A DNA stretch of 64,000 nt from Candidatus Hecatella orcuttiae (GCA_002011035.2 MTLY02000003.1:544001-608000), one strand, 5' to 3'; numbered from the stretch's first letter, positions 37,156 through 47,630 are shown. Made by a program: numbers and translations. Notes: generated by a model from the sequence alone, not told the origin.

Positions 37156-38553
37156 TTACTTCTTTTCCTCCCGCTTGATTATCACTTTCTCAGCGATGAT
37201 CTTGGCGTTTTTCAAGATAATCCTAAACCCTCCTCCTGTGGGGGAAACAGCGGTGAGGTAAGCCTCAGAGGGAAGAGGCACCGTTTCCATGGGCGCCGCT
37301 TCTAAGCCAGCCTCCACCTCCACCTCGGCAGCCGGCTTTTCCGGGGCCTTCCACCGTTGAACCACCGGATGGTCGACTTTTTGGAGGAAAACCTTTAACT
37401 CTTCTATGTTGCCGGCTTCCTTCTCTGTGGCTATTCGGCTCCGCAGGTCTTCGGGGATGGCGTCTAAAATTCTTTCCTTAATCTGCGAAGGCAGCCATAC
37501 CACCCGCTCCCAGCCTCCGTCGGCCTTGAGAAACTTTTTAGACCTGAGGTACTCGATGGCGATTCCTAGGAAACCTTCGTTCTGAACCCCGCCGCTGGTA
37601 TGCCCTGCCAGCGTGGAGAAGCTGAGGCCGTTGACCGCGGAGCCTTTGAACTCTCTGTGAACCACTCCGATACCGTCGACCTCCGGAATGTAGAAGGCGA
37701 TGGCCTCGAAGCAGCCGCATGAAGTGTGGGGGTGATGGAAAAGGGTGTGAAGCCAAACGTCTTGGATGGCTCCCAAAGACCTTTCGTTCACCGTCTTAGT
37801 AACTCCCTCGTAGGCGCCTTTCACCGGGTCAAGGCATTGCCCCTTGGGAACTGGAAAGTTGGGGCCTTTCGGGTCTATTCGGTAGGCTGCTCGGGCGTCA
37901 AACCAGCTTATGGAGCCGCAGCCGCCCATCCTGTTGGGGGTTATGATGCAGACGTGGGAGGGAGCGAAGGACTGGCACATGAGGCAGCCGTAAAACTCGT
38001 CCACATCCTCCTCCATCATCCCCCGGGCTTTGGCGTCTCTGGCCGCGTAGGTGTCCAAGGCTTTTGGGTAGAATTCCTCCACCTTCTCCGGGTCTGTGAA
38101 GAAGGTGACCTGAATCTTTTCGATGATGGGGAAGGTTTTCTTGAAAAGCATAATAAGCGCCCGCCCGATCCAGTTGAGGGAGTTCAGTCCCTTGGCGTAG
38201 GCCTTCTTGCTGATGCGGATCCATATGTCCGACCTCTGGTTAAGGTGCATCACACCCTCAATGTAGTTGAGAAAATAGTGGGTTCGACGCTCGAGAACAC
38301 CTTCCAGATCCTTTTCCACCTTCTCCCCCGCTACCTCTATGAGGATTCCCAGCCTGTAGCTTCGCCCCTCCTCTAATTGGGGAAGGTCTGGTCCTACGAT
38401 GGTTATTTTTCCATCTTCCACTTGGCCGGGAGGCTGGACTAGGGCTACTTCAAATTTTTTATCCACATTTAAGCCCCCGAACTCCAGCCGCATTTCCGGT
38501 TTCCGAATTCTTTCCCCTTCATGGATCTCGCTTATTTCTACAGGGAACTCCAT
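37156..38553 (-). CDS. cdhC: ACDS beta subunit (acetyl-CoA synthase)
   Basis: EGERIRK, CLMCQSFAPSHVC, CGSISW, HTSCGCFE. Confidence 0.97.
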   Translation of the reverse strand: MEFPVEISEIHEGERIRKPEMRLEFGGLNVDKKFEVALVQPPGQVEDGKITIVGPDLPQLEEGRSYRLGILIEVAGEKVEKDLEGVLERRTHYFLNYIEGVMHLNQRSDIWIRISKKAYAKGLNSLNWIGRALIMLFKKTFPIIEKIQVTFFTDPEKVEEFYPKALDTYAARDAKARGMMEEDVDEFYGCLMCQSFAPSHVCIITPNRMGGCGSISWFDARAAYRIDPKGPNFPVPKGQCLDPVKGAYEGVTKTVNERSLGAIQDVWLHTLFHHPHTSCGCFEAIAFYIPEVDGIGVVHREFKGSAVNGLSFSTLAGHTSGGVQNEGFLGIAIEYLRSKKFLKADGGWERVVWLPSQIKERILDAIPEDLRSRIATEKEAGNIEELKVFLQKVDHPVVQRWKAPEKPAAEVEVEAGLEAAPMETVPLPSEAYLTAVSPTGGGFRIILKNAKIIAEKVIIKREEKK

Positions 38554-38564
38554 TCGGCTTCACC

Positions 38565-38909
38565 TCAAGTTTTTTCTTCCCACCCCTTCAATCGGCTTTC
38601 TTTATACCTCCTAATCTGACGCAGTAACTCGCTTTTCAAGTTTTGCAGGACTGTTCGACCTAAGGGGGTCAGAACGTAGACTTGGTGAATGTAGGATTTC
38701 ACTATCAATTTCCCTTCCGCCAAGGTGTTCAAGTTGTCGCTGAGCACTTTGGGGTTGTCTTTCATTTTCTTCAAAAGTTCGGTGAAGGTAGCGGAGTTTT
38801 TTTGAAGATGAAACAGGATTCGCAGTCTTTTTGGGTTGGCTAAAGTTTTAAATAACCCAGCTAACTCCTCGCACTCTTTGGACTCCTCTTGGACGAGCTG
38901 TTCCAACAT
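38565..38909 (-). CDS. ArsR/HxlR-type winged-HTH regulator heading the cdh operon
   Basis: FKTLANPKRLRIL, Y.LTPLG; 11 nt upstream of cdhC. Confidence 0.85.
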   Translation of the reverse strand: MLEQLVQEESKECEELAGLFKTLANPKRLRILFHLQKNSATFTELLKKMKDNPKVLSDNLNTLAEGKLIVKSYIHQVYVLTPLGRTVLQNLKSELLRQIRRYKESRLKGWEEKT

Positions 38910-39116
38910 TTTCGCCTTTTATTAAAGGTAATTACCCCTCTGTAATAAGTGAAGGAGGGCTGAAAAGAAAACACATGTTTACTATTTAAGACTTTTGTAG
39001 GATGAAAGGAATACCTAAAATTAAGTATGTAAAGAAACAACCCTAAAAACGTACAGAAATGAAAAATTTAAATATGATTAGTAAAAAACTGCATTATATA
39101 TCTGCATAAAACCGCG

Positions 39117-40331
39117 GTGGAAACTACGGTGGACACAGAAATGGACCCGGAGGAAGATTGTTTCCTTAGTCCATATACCAGAGAGCCGAACCTAAACGGC
39201 CAAATCCAAATCTGCGACACAACCCTAAGGGACGGCCATCAGACACCCGGGGTAGTCTTCACCGTCGAAGAAAAGGTGGAGATAGCCAAGCTTCTGGATG
39301 AAATAGGCATTCACCAAATAGAGGCAGGTGTACCGGTCAGCTCCCCCCGGGAAGAGGAAGCCCTCCGACGGATAGTCAAGGAGGTAAAACATGCCAGCGT
39401 CATGGGGTGGTGTCGAGCTGTCCCTAGGGATGTGGACTCCGTGGTCCGCTGCGGCGCTGACGCCGTAACTGTCTCCATGGCCACCTCAGACCTCCACCTG
39501 AAACATAAACTGAAAATCTCAAGGCAAGAGGCCATAGAACGGATGAAGCAAAGCGTCCTCAAAGCGAAATCCGCCGGCCTTTACGTTTCGGTGACGGCGG
39601 AAGACGGCACCCGTACGTCCTACGAGGCTCTGCTTCAATTCACCCAAGCCGCCAAGGAGGCGGGAGCCGACCGTCTGAGGCTGGCTGACACTGTGGGGGC
39701 CATGCATCCCACCGCTGTTTCATCCTTGGTCAGGAGGCTTTTGAAGGACGGAGGCCTGCCCATTGAGATCCACGCTCACAACGACTTAGGGCTGGCGGTG
39801 GCCAATTCCTTCGCAGCAGTCGAAGGGGGGGCCTCGTGGATTAGTACCACCGTCAACGGTTTAGGGGAAAGAGCCGGTAATGCCGCTTTAGAGCCTGTGG
39901 TGGTGGGGCTGAAGTTCCTCTATCGGAAGGATTTGGGATTAAACCTCAAACGGCTGCCGGAGCTTTCCAGCCTCGTGGAGAAGGCTTCAGGGATACCTGT
40001 GGGGCATTTCGCCCCCATCGTAGGAGCCAACATGTTCAACCACTCCAGCGGCATCCATGTTCACGGGCTGATAAGCCATCCTCGCACCTACCAGCTGGTG
40101 GTTCCGGAGGATGTGGGGCGGGAGATGAACATCACCATCGACAAATACAGCGGTAAGGCAGCTGTCCAAGCCAAACTGGAACGGCTGGGAATAAGCTTCC
40201 CTGAAAAACTGGTAGACCAGCTGCGGGAGAGGCTGGTGGAAAAATCCTATCAACTCAAAAGAGGTTTAACGGACAGGGAGTTTGAGGACACTCTTCAAGA
40301 ATTCACCGGAGACATCCGCCTTCAGAGGTAG
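39117..40331 (+). CDS. Homocitrate synthase / AksA-like DRE-TIM acyltransferase
   Basis: [28 protein letters not shown]; no LeuA regulatory domain. Confidence 0.85.
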   Translation: METTVDTEMDPEEDCFLSPYTREPNLNGQIQICDTTLRDGHQTPGVVFTVEEKVEIAKLLDEIGIHQIEAGVPVSSPREEEALRRIVKEVKHASVMGWCRAVPRDVDSVVRCGADAVTVSMATSDLHLKHKLKISRQEAIERMKQSVLKAKSAGLYVSVTAEDGTRTSYEALLQFTQAAKEAGADRLRLADTVGAMHPTAVSSLVRRLLKDGGLPIEIHAHNDLGLAVANSFAAVEGGASWISTTVNGLGERAGNAALEPVVVGLKFLYRKDLGLNLKRLPELSSLVEKASGIPVGHFAPIVGANMFNHSSGIHVHGLISHPRTYQLVVPEDVGREMNITIDKYSGKAAVQAKLERLGISFPEKLVDQLRERLVEKSYQLKRGLTDREFEDTLQEFTGDIRLQR

Positions 40332-40335
40332 CAGG

Positions 40336-40818
40336 TCAGCTTCTGCCCCGAAGGCGGAAGCCTGCCTCTGAAACCCAGTAGGCGGTTCCGTTTTCCAGTA
40401 TTTCCTTCTTGTAGATGGGTACCTCCGCCTTCATTCTGTCGACGGTTGCTTGAAGGGTTGGGAAGACATCCTCCCGAGAGCTCCCAGCCACCAGCACGTA
40501 GACGATGTCCTCCCCAAGGTTGAGGTCGTCCACCACGTGGTGAATCTGAACCTCGATGACGCTGGGCTTGGCGAGGGTTTCTTTTCGAATTTTCTCCATG
40601 GCCGCAGGGGCTTCATCCTCATAGGCTTCGTAGCTTAGGCTTCTGACAGGTTTGCCTTCGGAGGAAAACCCGCGGACGATGCCTATGAAAATTCCTATGG
40701 CTCCTACCTCGTGAAAACGAGGGTTCTCCCTCAGTTTCTCCAGCATTTTTTCCACTGAAATCTCCCCCTTCTTATGGATGCCGACCCAGCCCAAAGTTTC
40801 CACCTCGGTTAACAGCAA
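40336..40818 (-). CDS. moaE: Molybdopterin synthase catalytic subunit
   Basis: GAIGIFIGIVR, L.YEAY, K.EVPIYKKE. Confidence 0.9.
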   Translation of the reverse strand: MLLTEVETLGWVGIHKKGEISVEKMLEKLRENPRFHEVGAIGIFIGIVRGFSSEGKPVRSLSYEAYEDEAPAAMEKIRKETLAKPSVIEVQIHHVVDDLNLGEDIVYVLVAGSSREDVFPTLQATVDRMKAEVPIYKKEILENGTAYWVSEAGFRLRGRS

Positions 40819-40988
40819 AAAAGCCGCTGGAGGTAGGTAAACTTTTCCTAAAGCAACCGTGCATATGTGGATTCTGCTTTTTCTCTTGTAAAAGCAATCT
40901 GGCTATGTCCGTCGGCTTCCCTATCGATGATGCCTTCATTCTCCTCCCTGATCCCGTGGAAGAGTGTTTCTCACGCAGGGTTCTAGAG

Positions 40989-41318
40989 CTATTTCTGCAT
41001 GTAGCTTTTTATGGCTTCAACCTTGTCTTCCATGGTTCGAGGTTTATCTCTCCGGTCGTCGATTCTCAGCGTTGACTCCATCCTTTGGACTCCCATCTTG
41101 GAGACCGCCTCATGAGCCGCCTTAACCGCCTCCAATATGACTTCCAGCTTCTCCGCCTCAAGGATGGTGCCCATGGCAGTTACCTGACAGCGGACGCCTT
41201 CCACTTTGTTCATGGCGTTGACAGCCTCTCCGATGTACCTCCCCAAACTGGTCGTTCCCAGCCCGATGGGTGTGATGCTGAAATCGGCTATGACGGAAAT
41301 TTTCTTGGAAACAGCCAA
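40989..41318 (-). CDS. MTH1187-family thiamine-binding protein
   Basis: FSITPIG..TS, TAMGTILE, RIDDRRDK. Confidence 0.88.
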   Translation of the reverse strand: MAVSKKISVIADFSITPIGLGTTSLGRYIGEAVNAMNKVEGVRCQVTAMGTILEAEKLEVILEAVKAAHEAVSKMGVQRMESTLRIDDRRDKPRTMEDKVEAIKSYMQK

Positions 41319-41428
41319 ACCCGTTCACCGACCATCTAGGGTCAACGAAGGCTTAAATCCTTTTTGCAGGTTAACTCCCTTCACCAAAAACTCCGAGAGA
41401 CAGGAAAACAGCAGGGACACCGACCTGT

Positions 41429-42628
41429 TTAAAACTCAGGGCACGGCTCTCCCAGCTTTCTGAAGCGGGCTATAAAATAGCCTGAGCCGTGAAGATGAGG
41501 GTGAAACCTCTGCATGAACGCTGCCTCTGGGAAAAGGGATACTTGGCCTCGGCAGCCCAGATGGCAGGGCTGAGGCTCAGGCCTCAAGCCGCAGTGGTCC
41601 ATGGCATATCTGGCCACTTTCTCACATTCCAGCAGCGTCACGGTGCAGACGCTGTAGACAAGCACCCCGCCGGGTTTAAGCATCTTGGAGGCTGCTTTCA
41701 GAAACTGTTTCTGATATTCAGCCAAAGCTTGAAGGTCCTCCTCAGTTTTGCCGTCGTAAAGCTTGGGCGTAACTCCCAAGGCGCTGCAAGGAGGGTCGAC
41801 GAGGCAGCGGTCAGCCTTGAGCTCGGGGAGTTCCAAATCCAAAAACCGAGAGTCCTTTACCATCAATTTCACCCCTCTGCATCCTAGCCTGTTCAAGTTT
41901 TCCTTGGTGGCGGAAATTTTCCTAGCGTTTCTGTCCACCCCTAGGATCTCTCCAAGACCTTCCATCAACTGGTAGATGTGAGAAAGCTTTCCCCCCGGCG
42001 CGCAGTTAAAGTCCACCACTGTCTCCCCGGGTTTTGGATCTAGAACTCTAACTGTAACCATGGCGGGCAGCGACTGAGGGTAGATGAGGCCCTCTTTAAA
42101 CTCCTCCGTCTCCCTGAGGCTGGGAACAGTGTAAACCGGATGAGTAAGCTTAACAGCCAAACCTCTCCGGAGAGTCAGCACCTCTGTCTCCCCCATGGCG
42201 GCCACGCCTCCGCCTACCAAGTTGCCGTTGACGTCTACGATGGAAACCTCCTCCCCTTTCTTCAGCCCTCTGCAGCTCACGATGCCGGGTGCATACACGC
42301 TGGCTCCGGTTAAGACAGATTCCGCGGTGAACTTGTCCACAACCACCTTGAGAAGTCGAGGATCCACCGGGAAAGGTCCCTCCGCAGGAAGCCAAATCGC
42401 CTCCGCCACCGAAGGATGCTGGAAGGCTTGGATGCCTTTCCCCCTCAGCCTTTTCACAACGCCTTCAGGGGTCTCCTTTAAAGTGTTAACCCTGAGATAG
42501 TACCGTTCAGCCGGTCTAGCCATGGCTGAGAGAACTTGCTCAACTTGGCTTCCGTAAACCTCTTGAAGCTGTCTGAGGATGTCGGGGGAAAGAAAAGCCC
42601 TGAGAGGGTTTGAAAACGGCTTCATCAT
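41429..42628 (-). CDS. PUA-domain RNA m5C methyltransferase (RsmB/NSUN6-like)
   Basis: RVNTLK, GASVYAPG, CAPGGK, DPPCS, YSVCT. Confidence 0.9.
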   Translation of the reverse strand: MMKPFSNPLRAFLSPDILRQLQEVYGSQVEQVLSAMARPAERYYLRVNTLKETPEGVVKRLRGKGIQAFQHPSVAEAIWLPAEGPFPVDPRLLKVVVDKFTAESVLTGASVYAPGIVSCRGLKKGEEVSIVDVNGNLVGGGVAAMGETEVLTLRRGLAVKLTHPVYTVPSLRETEEFKEGLIYPQSLPAMVTVRVLDPKPGETVVDFNCAPGGKLSHIYQLMEGLGEILGVDRNARKISATKENLNRLGCRGVKLMVKDSRFLDLELPELKADRCLVDPPCSALGVTPKLYDGKTEEDLQALAEYQKQFLKAASKMLKPGGVLVYSVCTVTLLECEKVARYAMDHCGLRPEPQPCHLGCRGQVSLFPEAAFMQRFHPHLHGSGYFIARFRKLGEPCPEF

Positions 42629-42684
42629 CGAAAAGAATGATCCCTTCGAGGAAAAAGGGTCTTCAGGAGCCCGGAGAAGGGCTG

Positions 42685-43317
42685 TTATTTTTTAAGGGGC
42701 GTCATGTTGAAGAGAGCCTTGACAGGCACCCCGGATATTTCGCCGCCCCCCCTCTTATCCACCACCGTTACCACGCCCACAGGCTCCGCGTTGATCTCCC
42801 GCAGGTAGTCTAAGACTTCCTTGACGATCAATCCTCGACTAATGACGTCGGAAACCACAAGGACTTTGCATCCTTCAACCGGGGAGAAGTTGAGGGACAG
42901 AATACCTCCCGCTGGCAGAGGTTCACCGCCCCCCTCAGGCCGGGAAAACCGCACCAATGAGAAGGGCTTTCCCAAGTCGTCGGCAACGACCAAGCCTAGG
43001 GGACCTCCCGGAAGATCCATGCCCACGACCACGTCGAAGTCGTCGAACTCCCTGTTTTCAAGAGCTTCCTTCACCATGTCGGCTAGAGCCCATCCTATCA
43101 GGCTCAGTCTTCGAGTACTTCGGCCGACGGCGGACCAGTCTACGCTGTAATCAAAGGGGACAGGAGTTTTTTTCCTCTCTTTTTCTCGGAGGGAAAGCCA
43201 AAGGACGGTGTCTATTTGAAGGTTTAATTCGTTGGCTATCTCGCTGATCGACAGTCCTTTGGCTTTGAGCTCCTTGGTTCTCTCTACGAGTTTCTCAAGC
43301 GCTGAGGTTTTGGTCAA
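42685..43317 (-). CDS. HTH + orotate-phosphoribosyltransferase-like regulator (GfcR-type)
   Basis: N-terminal GLS..EIANELN HTH, VDWS..G, degenerate PRPP loop VVSDVISRG. Confidence 0.8.
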   Translation of the reverse strand: MTKTSALEKLVERTKELKAKGLSISEIANELNLQIDTVLWLSLREKERKKTPVPFDYSVDWSAVGRSTRRLSLIGWALADMVKEALENREFDDFDVVVGMDLPGGPLGLVVADDLGKPFSLVRFSRPEGGGEPLPAGGILSLNFSPVEGCKVLVVSDVISRGLIVKEVLDYLREINAEPVGVVTVVDKRGGGEISGVPVKALFNMTPLKK

Positions 43318-43402
43318 TCAATTCACCTCATCCAAGTTTGAGACTTCGTTCTCTCCTTTACGGTAAATAAGACCTCCTCCAAGACTTATAAGCTAAACTG
43401 GT

Positions 43403-43441
43403 AAGTCTCCCATAACCGACGGGCGAGATGGTAGGAGACTT
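43403..43441. other. Intergenic hairpin (possible terminator or leader structure)
   Basis: AAGTCTCC...GGAGACTT 8-bp inverted repeat just past the stop of the 43452-43871 gene. Confidence 0.35.
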
Positions 43442-43451
43442 CGGCCCTCTG

Positions 43452-43871
43452 TTAAGAGTTGACATACTTGTATTTGCCGTTTTCCTTAATCCTTTTTATG
43501 CCCAACTCGGGATGCCGCAGTATCGCCTTCTGGATCATGTCCTGCTTATGATACCAGCCTTTAACCCTTAGCAAGTCTTCTATCTCCCCCAAAGTTTTAG
43601 GTTCGTTAAAGACCCCCTCCTCCTTCAAAACCGGGAGCCTCGCCAGCAGTTCCTTGGTTTCCCCCGTTCTCTTTGCCATCCTTTCCCCCGCTCTTTTTTC
43701 GTCTTTGGCTGTTCTCTGTTTCTCCACTTGGCTGCTGACCGCTATCTTCGGGAAATCTTCCAGCAGGCTGGAAAGCTTGTATTGCTCCACCAGACCTTTC
43801 ACAGCTTCTTCCGTTCCCTTGATCTCCAACTCGTTTTCCCCGATCTTTATCCTCAGGCTTGTTTCACTCAT
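43452..43871 (-). CDS. Hypothetical protein with probable C-terminal winged helix
   Basis: ATG at 43871; EGVFNEPKTLGEI...GWY...RIKENGKYKY pattern. Confidence 0.65.
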   Translation of the reverse strand: MSETSLRIKIGENELEIKGTEEAVKGLVEQYKLSSLLEDFPKIAVSSQVEKQRTAKDEKRAGERMAKRTGETKELLARLPVLKEEGVFNEPKTLGEIEDLLRVKGWYHKQDMIQKAILRHPELGIKRIKENGKYKYVNS

Positions 43872-44005
43872 TTTGGAAACCTTTTCCAGACGGCTTTCCT
43901 TTAAGCCAAAGGTAAGAAGCGCAGTGATATAAAAAGCAGAGAGAACGATGAAAATATTGACTTTCCTCAAAAGTTAGAGCTATATCGGACGGAAACGTTT
44001 TCCTG

Positions 44006-45094
44006 TTGAAGTCTCTCATGGGGAGAGTCATCTTCCACGTCGACATGGATTCCTTCTTCGCATCCGTGGAGAAGCGGAAAAACCCTGCCTTAGAAGGCCT
44101 ACCGGTCATCATCGGAGCTGACCCTAAAGGGGGAAAAGGAAGAGGCGTAGTCTCAACATGCTCCTACGAGGCGAGGAAGTTCGGAGTTCACTCAGCTCAG
44201 CCCATTTCCAAGGCATACAAGCTTTGCCCTCACGCGGTTTTTCTTCCCGTCAACATGGAACTCTACCAGAAAGTCTCCGAAAGGGTCATGGCCCTTCTGA
44301 GGAGTTTCTCCGATAGGTTCGAACAAGTCAGCATCGACGAAGCCTTTCTGGACGTTTCAGAGAAAGTAAAACAGTACACCAGCCCCCAGCAGCTGGCTGA
44401 GAGGATCAAAGACGAAATCCGTCGAAAGGAGGGGCTGAGCTGCTCCATAGGGGTGGCGCCCAACAAATCCGCGGCGAAAATAGCCTCCAGCCTCCGGAAG
44501 CCCGACGGCTTGACGGTGGTAAACCCTGAAAAGGTGAAAGAATTCCTCAACCCCCTCCCAGCATCAAAAATCAGCGGGGTTGGGAGAAAGATGCAGGAGC
44601 GTCTCGCTTCGCTGGGGATTAAAACCATCGGGCAGCTTGCCCGGCAACCCTTAGACAAGCTGACTGAGCATTTCGGCCGATGGGGGCTCCGCCTCTGGGA
44701 GGTGGCCAACGGGCTTGAAGAGGATGAGGTTGAAGACTCTTACCCCATAAAATCCCTCGGCACCGAACACACTTTCGAAGAGGATGTGGGTGACTGGGCG
44801 GTGGTGGAAGACTGTCTGAACTCCCTAGTCGAGAAAGTGCACCGCCGAGTTTTGGAGGAAGGCTTTCTCTTCAGGACTGTAGGCGTCAAAATCCGCTTCG
44901 AAGATTTCGAAACCTTCACCCGGTCTAAAAGCCGCCAGATACCCACCAACCAGAAGGAGGTCCTCCACGAATACGCGGAGTTGCTTCTTAAGGAATTTAA
45001 AGACGACTCGAGGAAGCTGCGCCTCATAGGCGTGAAGGTATCCAACCTCCAAAAGGTAGGTAAAACACGTAACCTCCTAGAGTGGTCACGTTGA
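44006..45094 (+). CDS. dinB: Y-family DNA polymerase IV
   Basis: HVDMDSFFASVE, SYEARKFG, SIDEAFLD, KPDG. Confidence 0.96.
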   Translation: MKSLMGRVIFHVDMDSFFASVEKRKNPALEGLPVIIGADPKGGKGRGVVSTCSYEARKFGVHSAQPISKAYKLCPHAVFLPVNMELYQKVSERVMALLRSFSDRFEQVSIDEAFLDVSEKVKQYTSPQQLAERIKDEIRRKEGLSCSIGVAPNKSAAKIASSLRKPDGLTVVNPEKVKEFLNPLPASKISGVGRKMQERLASLGIKTIGQLARQPLDKLTEHFGRWGLRLWEVANGLEEDEVEDSYPIKSLGTEHTFEEDVGDWAVVEDCLNSLVEKVHRRVLEEGFLFRTVGVKIRFEDFETFTRSKSRQIPTNQKEVLHEYAELLLKEFKDDSRKLRLIGVKVSNLQKVGKTRNLLEWSR

Positions 45095-45155
45095 AACGCT
45101 GAGGAACCGGAGCTAAAGGGGTTGCTCCAAAGGACTGAAGATTTTTCCTGTCAGT

Positions 45156-46205
45156 TTATGATAGGTTGACAATCACCTTAATCGGATTCTCTTTTCTATT
45201 TTTTTCAGGATTGCTGAATATTTCAAACGCCTCGTTTATGTTTTCGAGCGCAATTTCATGGGTTACGAAGTCTAGCAGATTCACGTTACGAGTTTTCACA
45301 AGTTCAAGAGCTCTTCTTATGTGGTTCGTCGACCCTGGGTTTAGAACTCCGATAATAGTTCTTTCTAAGGATGTTACGTAGCTGAGGTTTATTTCCACCG
45401 GTTTACTTACAATCGCTACTTGAACATATCTCCCAGAAGGTTTGATAGACTCGAGTGTTGATGTCACAGTGGCTGGAACTCCAGCAGTTTCTAATCCCAC
45501 GTCCACGCCAGCTCCCTCGGTCAAATTCATAACCTCCTTTACCACGTTTACTTCTCCCTTGGCATTAATTACATGGTCTGCTCCGAATTTTCTAGCCAAT
45601 TCCAAGGGTTTTTCCCTTATGTCCACACCTATCACTTTGGAAGCTCCGGCTAGTTTTGACGCGATAAGCGCTGATAATCCTATAGGGCCTAGGCCTGACA
45701 CCAGCACGGTGAAACCTAAGCTTACTCCACCTCTTTCAGCAGCATAAAACCCTGTAAGAAACATGTCGGGGACCAATACCGCCTGCTTAGGATCCATGTT
45801 TTCAGGGATTTTCACCAGAACTCTCTCGGCATGGGGAACCCTCATGAATTGAGCAAAGGCCCCATCATAATTCAAGCCGAAGAGTATGCGACGCTCACAT
45901 AGTTGCTGTTTTCCAGCTGTGCAGTATTTGCAGACGCCGCATGAAGCCACATAAGAGCCGATGACATTGTCCCCCACTTTAAACATCCTTACGCCCTGAC
46001 CTACTTGGAAAACTTTGCCTGCGTACTCATGTCCAAGGATCAGAGGCGTCTTGGCCGGTATGTGGCCGAGGTAAGCATGCAGATCGGTTCCGCATACAGC
46101 GCAATGCTTGACTCTGACTATAACTTCTCCAAGAGATGGAGGGCCAGGAGTGGGAGTCTCCTCAACTCTGAGGTCATTTGGATTGTGAAGGACTGCTGCT
46201 TTCAA
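45156..46205 (-). CDS. Zn-dependent medium-chain alcohol dehydrogenase
   Basis: CGTD, GHE, CGVCKYC...C, GLGPIG. Confidence 0.92.
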   Translation of the reverse strand: MKAAVLHNPNDLRVEETPTPGPPSLGEVIVRVKHCAVCGTDLHAYLGHIPAKTPLILGHEYAGKVFQVGQGVRMFKVGDNVIGSYVASCGVCKYCTAGKQQLCERRILFGLNYDGAFAQFMRVPHAERVLVKIPENMDPKQAVLVPDMFLTGFYAAERGGVSLGFTVLVSGLGPIGLSALIASKLAGASKVIGVDIREKPLELARKFGADHVINAKGEVNVVKEVMNLTEGAGVDVGLETAGVPATVTSTLESIKPSGRYVQVAIVSKPVEINLSYVTSLERTIIGVLNPGSTNHIRRALELVKTRNVNLLDFVTHEIALENINEAFEIFSNPEKNRKENPIKVIVNLS

Positions 46206-46232
46206 GGCACAGATTAATGGAATCTGAGATGT

Positions 46233-47471
46233 TTATATATTTTTTCTAAGCGCCTTCATGGACGGAGCTATGGTCTTCGGTTTTTTTACCATTTTCGAGT
46301 AGGTTTCCACCGTTTTGAGGCCGCTGCCGGTCAGCATGCAGAGGACTCTATCATTCTTATCTATTAATCCCTCATCCAACATTTTTTTGGTACCGGCAAC
46401 TGACGCCGCGGAAGAAGGCTCCACGAAGAGGCCCTCTATTTTAGCTATCCACGACGCAGCTTCAACGATCTGCTGGTCTTTAATGGTTTCAGATAAACCG
46501 CCTGTTTCTCTCAGAGCTTTCAAAACAAGCTTCCCTTTTAGTGGATATCCGATCATCAAACCTTCAGCTATGGTTTTAGGCTTTCTAACATACCTTATTT
46601 CATTCCGACCTTTTTTGTAAGCTTTTGCAATGGGTGCGCATCCTTCAGGCTGAATGCATACGAGTCTAGGAATCTTTGAAATCCAACCTATCTGAGCAAC
46701 TTCACTGAAGCCTTTTCTGCAGCCTAGCAACCCGCTGCCTGTCCCTACGGGGTGAACCACCCATTCAGGTGGGTCGTTGTTGAATTGCTCGCAGATTTCA
46801 TGTCCGATGGTTTTCATTCCTTCTGTCACGTAGGGATTCGTTTGGAAACCGCAATAATACCATCCGAACTTCTGACAGGCTTCCCTAGCGATATCGTAAG
46901 AATCTTTCCTAGTCCCCTTTACTCGGAAGACGGATGCTCCATTCATCATGGCTTGGATAATTTTGCCGAGGCTGGCGTAGGAGGGTGTGAAAATGTAACA
47001 TTCTAATCCCGCCTTCGCTGCATAGGCTGCGACGGATGTTGCAGCGTTACCTGAGGAATCTATCGCCAAGGTGGCGGCTCTAAGCTCGCTAGCCCTTGAA
47101 ACCATCAGGGCTGAGCCGCGGTCCTTAAAAGAGCCGGTAGGAAACATGTAATCCAGTTTGAAAAAAAGGTTTTTGATGCCTATCTTTTCGCTTAATTTTT
47201 TCGCCTTATAAATAGGGGTCAGTGTCTCCCCCAAACTTACCTTGCGACTAACATCGATAGGGAGAAACTCGGCGTAACGCCACATAGTCTTCGGTCTTCT
47301 GAGTATGTCGGCGATCTTCACTCTGTTTTTTATGGACTCGTAGTCTAACATGACATCAAGCAGTCCACCGCACTTAGAGCAAAAATACGTGGTTTCTCTA
47401 AGGTCATGAACAGCGTCGCAATTCAAACACCTCAACGACACTGCATAATTCTGCCGGCATCCACCTGTCAC
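46233..47471 (-). CDS. Threonine-synthase-like PLP enzyme with N-terminal Zn ribbon
   Basis: PTGSFKDRG, SSGNA, PVGTGS, EPSSA, LTGSGLK. Confidence 0.88.
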   Translation of the reverse strand: MTGGCRQNYAVSLRCLNCDAVHDLRETTYFCSKCGGLLDVMLDYESIKNRVKIADILRRPKTMWRYAEFLPIDVSRKVSLGETLTPIYKAKKLSEKIGIKNLFFKLDYMFPTGSFKDRGSALMVSRASELRAATLAIDSSGNAATSVAAYAAKAGLECYIFTPSYASLGKIIQAMMNGASVFRVKGTRKDSYDIAREACQKFGWYYCGFQTNPYVTEGMKTIGHEICEQFNNDPPEWVVHPVGTGSGLLGCRKGFSEVAQIGWISKIPRLVCIQPEGCAPIAKAYKKGRNEIRYVRKPKTIAEGLMIGYPLKGKLVLKALRETGGLSETIKDQQIVEAASWIAKIEGLFVEPSSAASVAGTKKMLDEGLIDKNDRVLCMLTGSGLKTVETYSKMVKKPKTIAPSMKALRKNI

Positions 47472-47630
47472 TTTCAGAAATCCCTCAACATATTTTTTGT
47501 CCAGAGAATTTATACTCTTTCACGGAGACCTTAACTCTAAAATTTGACCTTTTACCGAATGGCTTTTGTTTGCTTTTGAAGCATCTTTATCTACCGAATC
47601 CGGAAAAGGCTTTTAAGAAAGCTGGTTCTC

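Noticed and set aside
40925-40980. Box C/D sRNA candidate (ATGATGC...CTGA)
   Set aside because: Boxes are degenerate and I could not identify an rRNA or tRNA target for the guide regions
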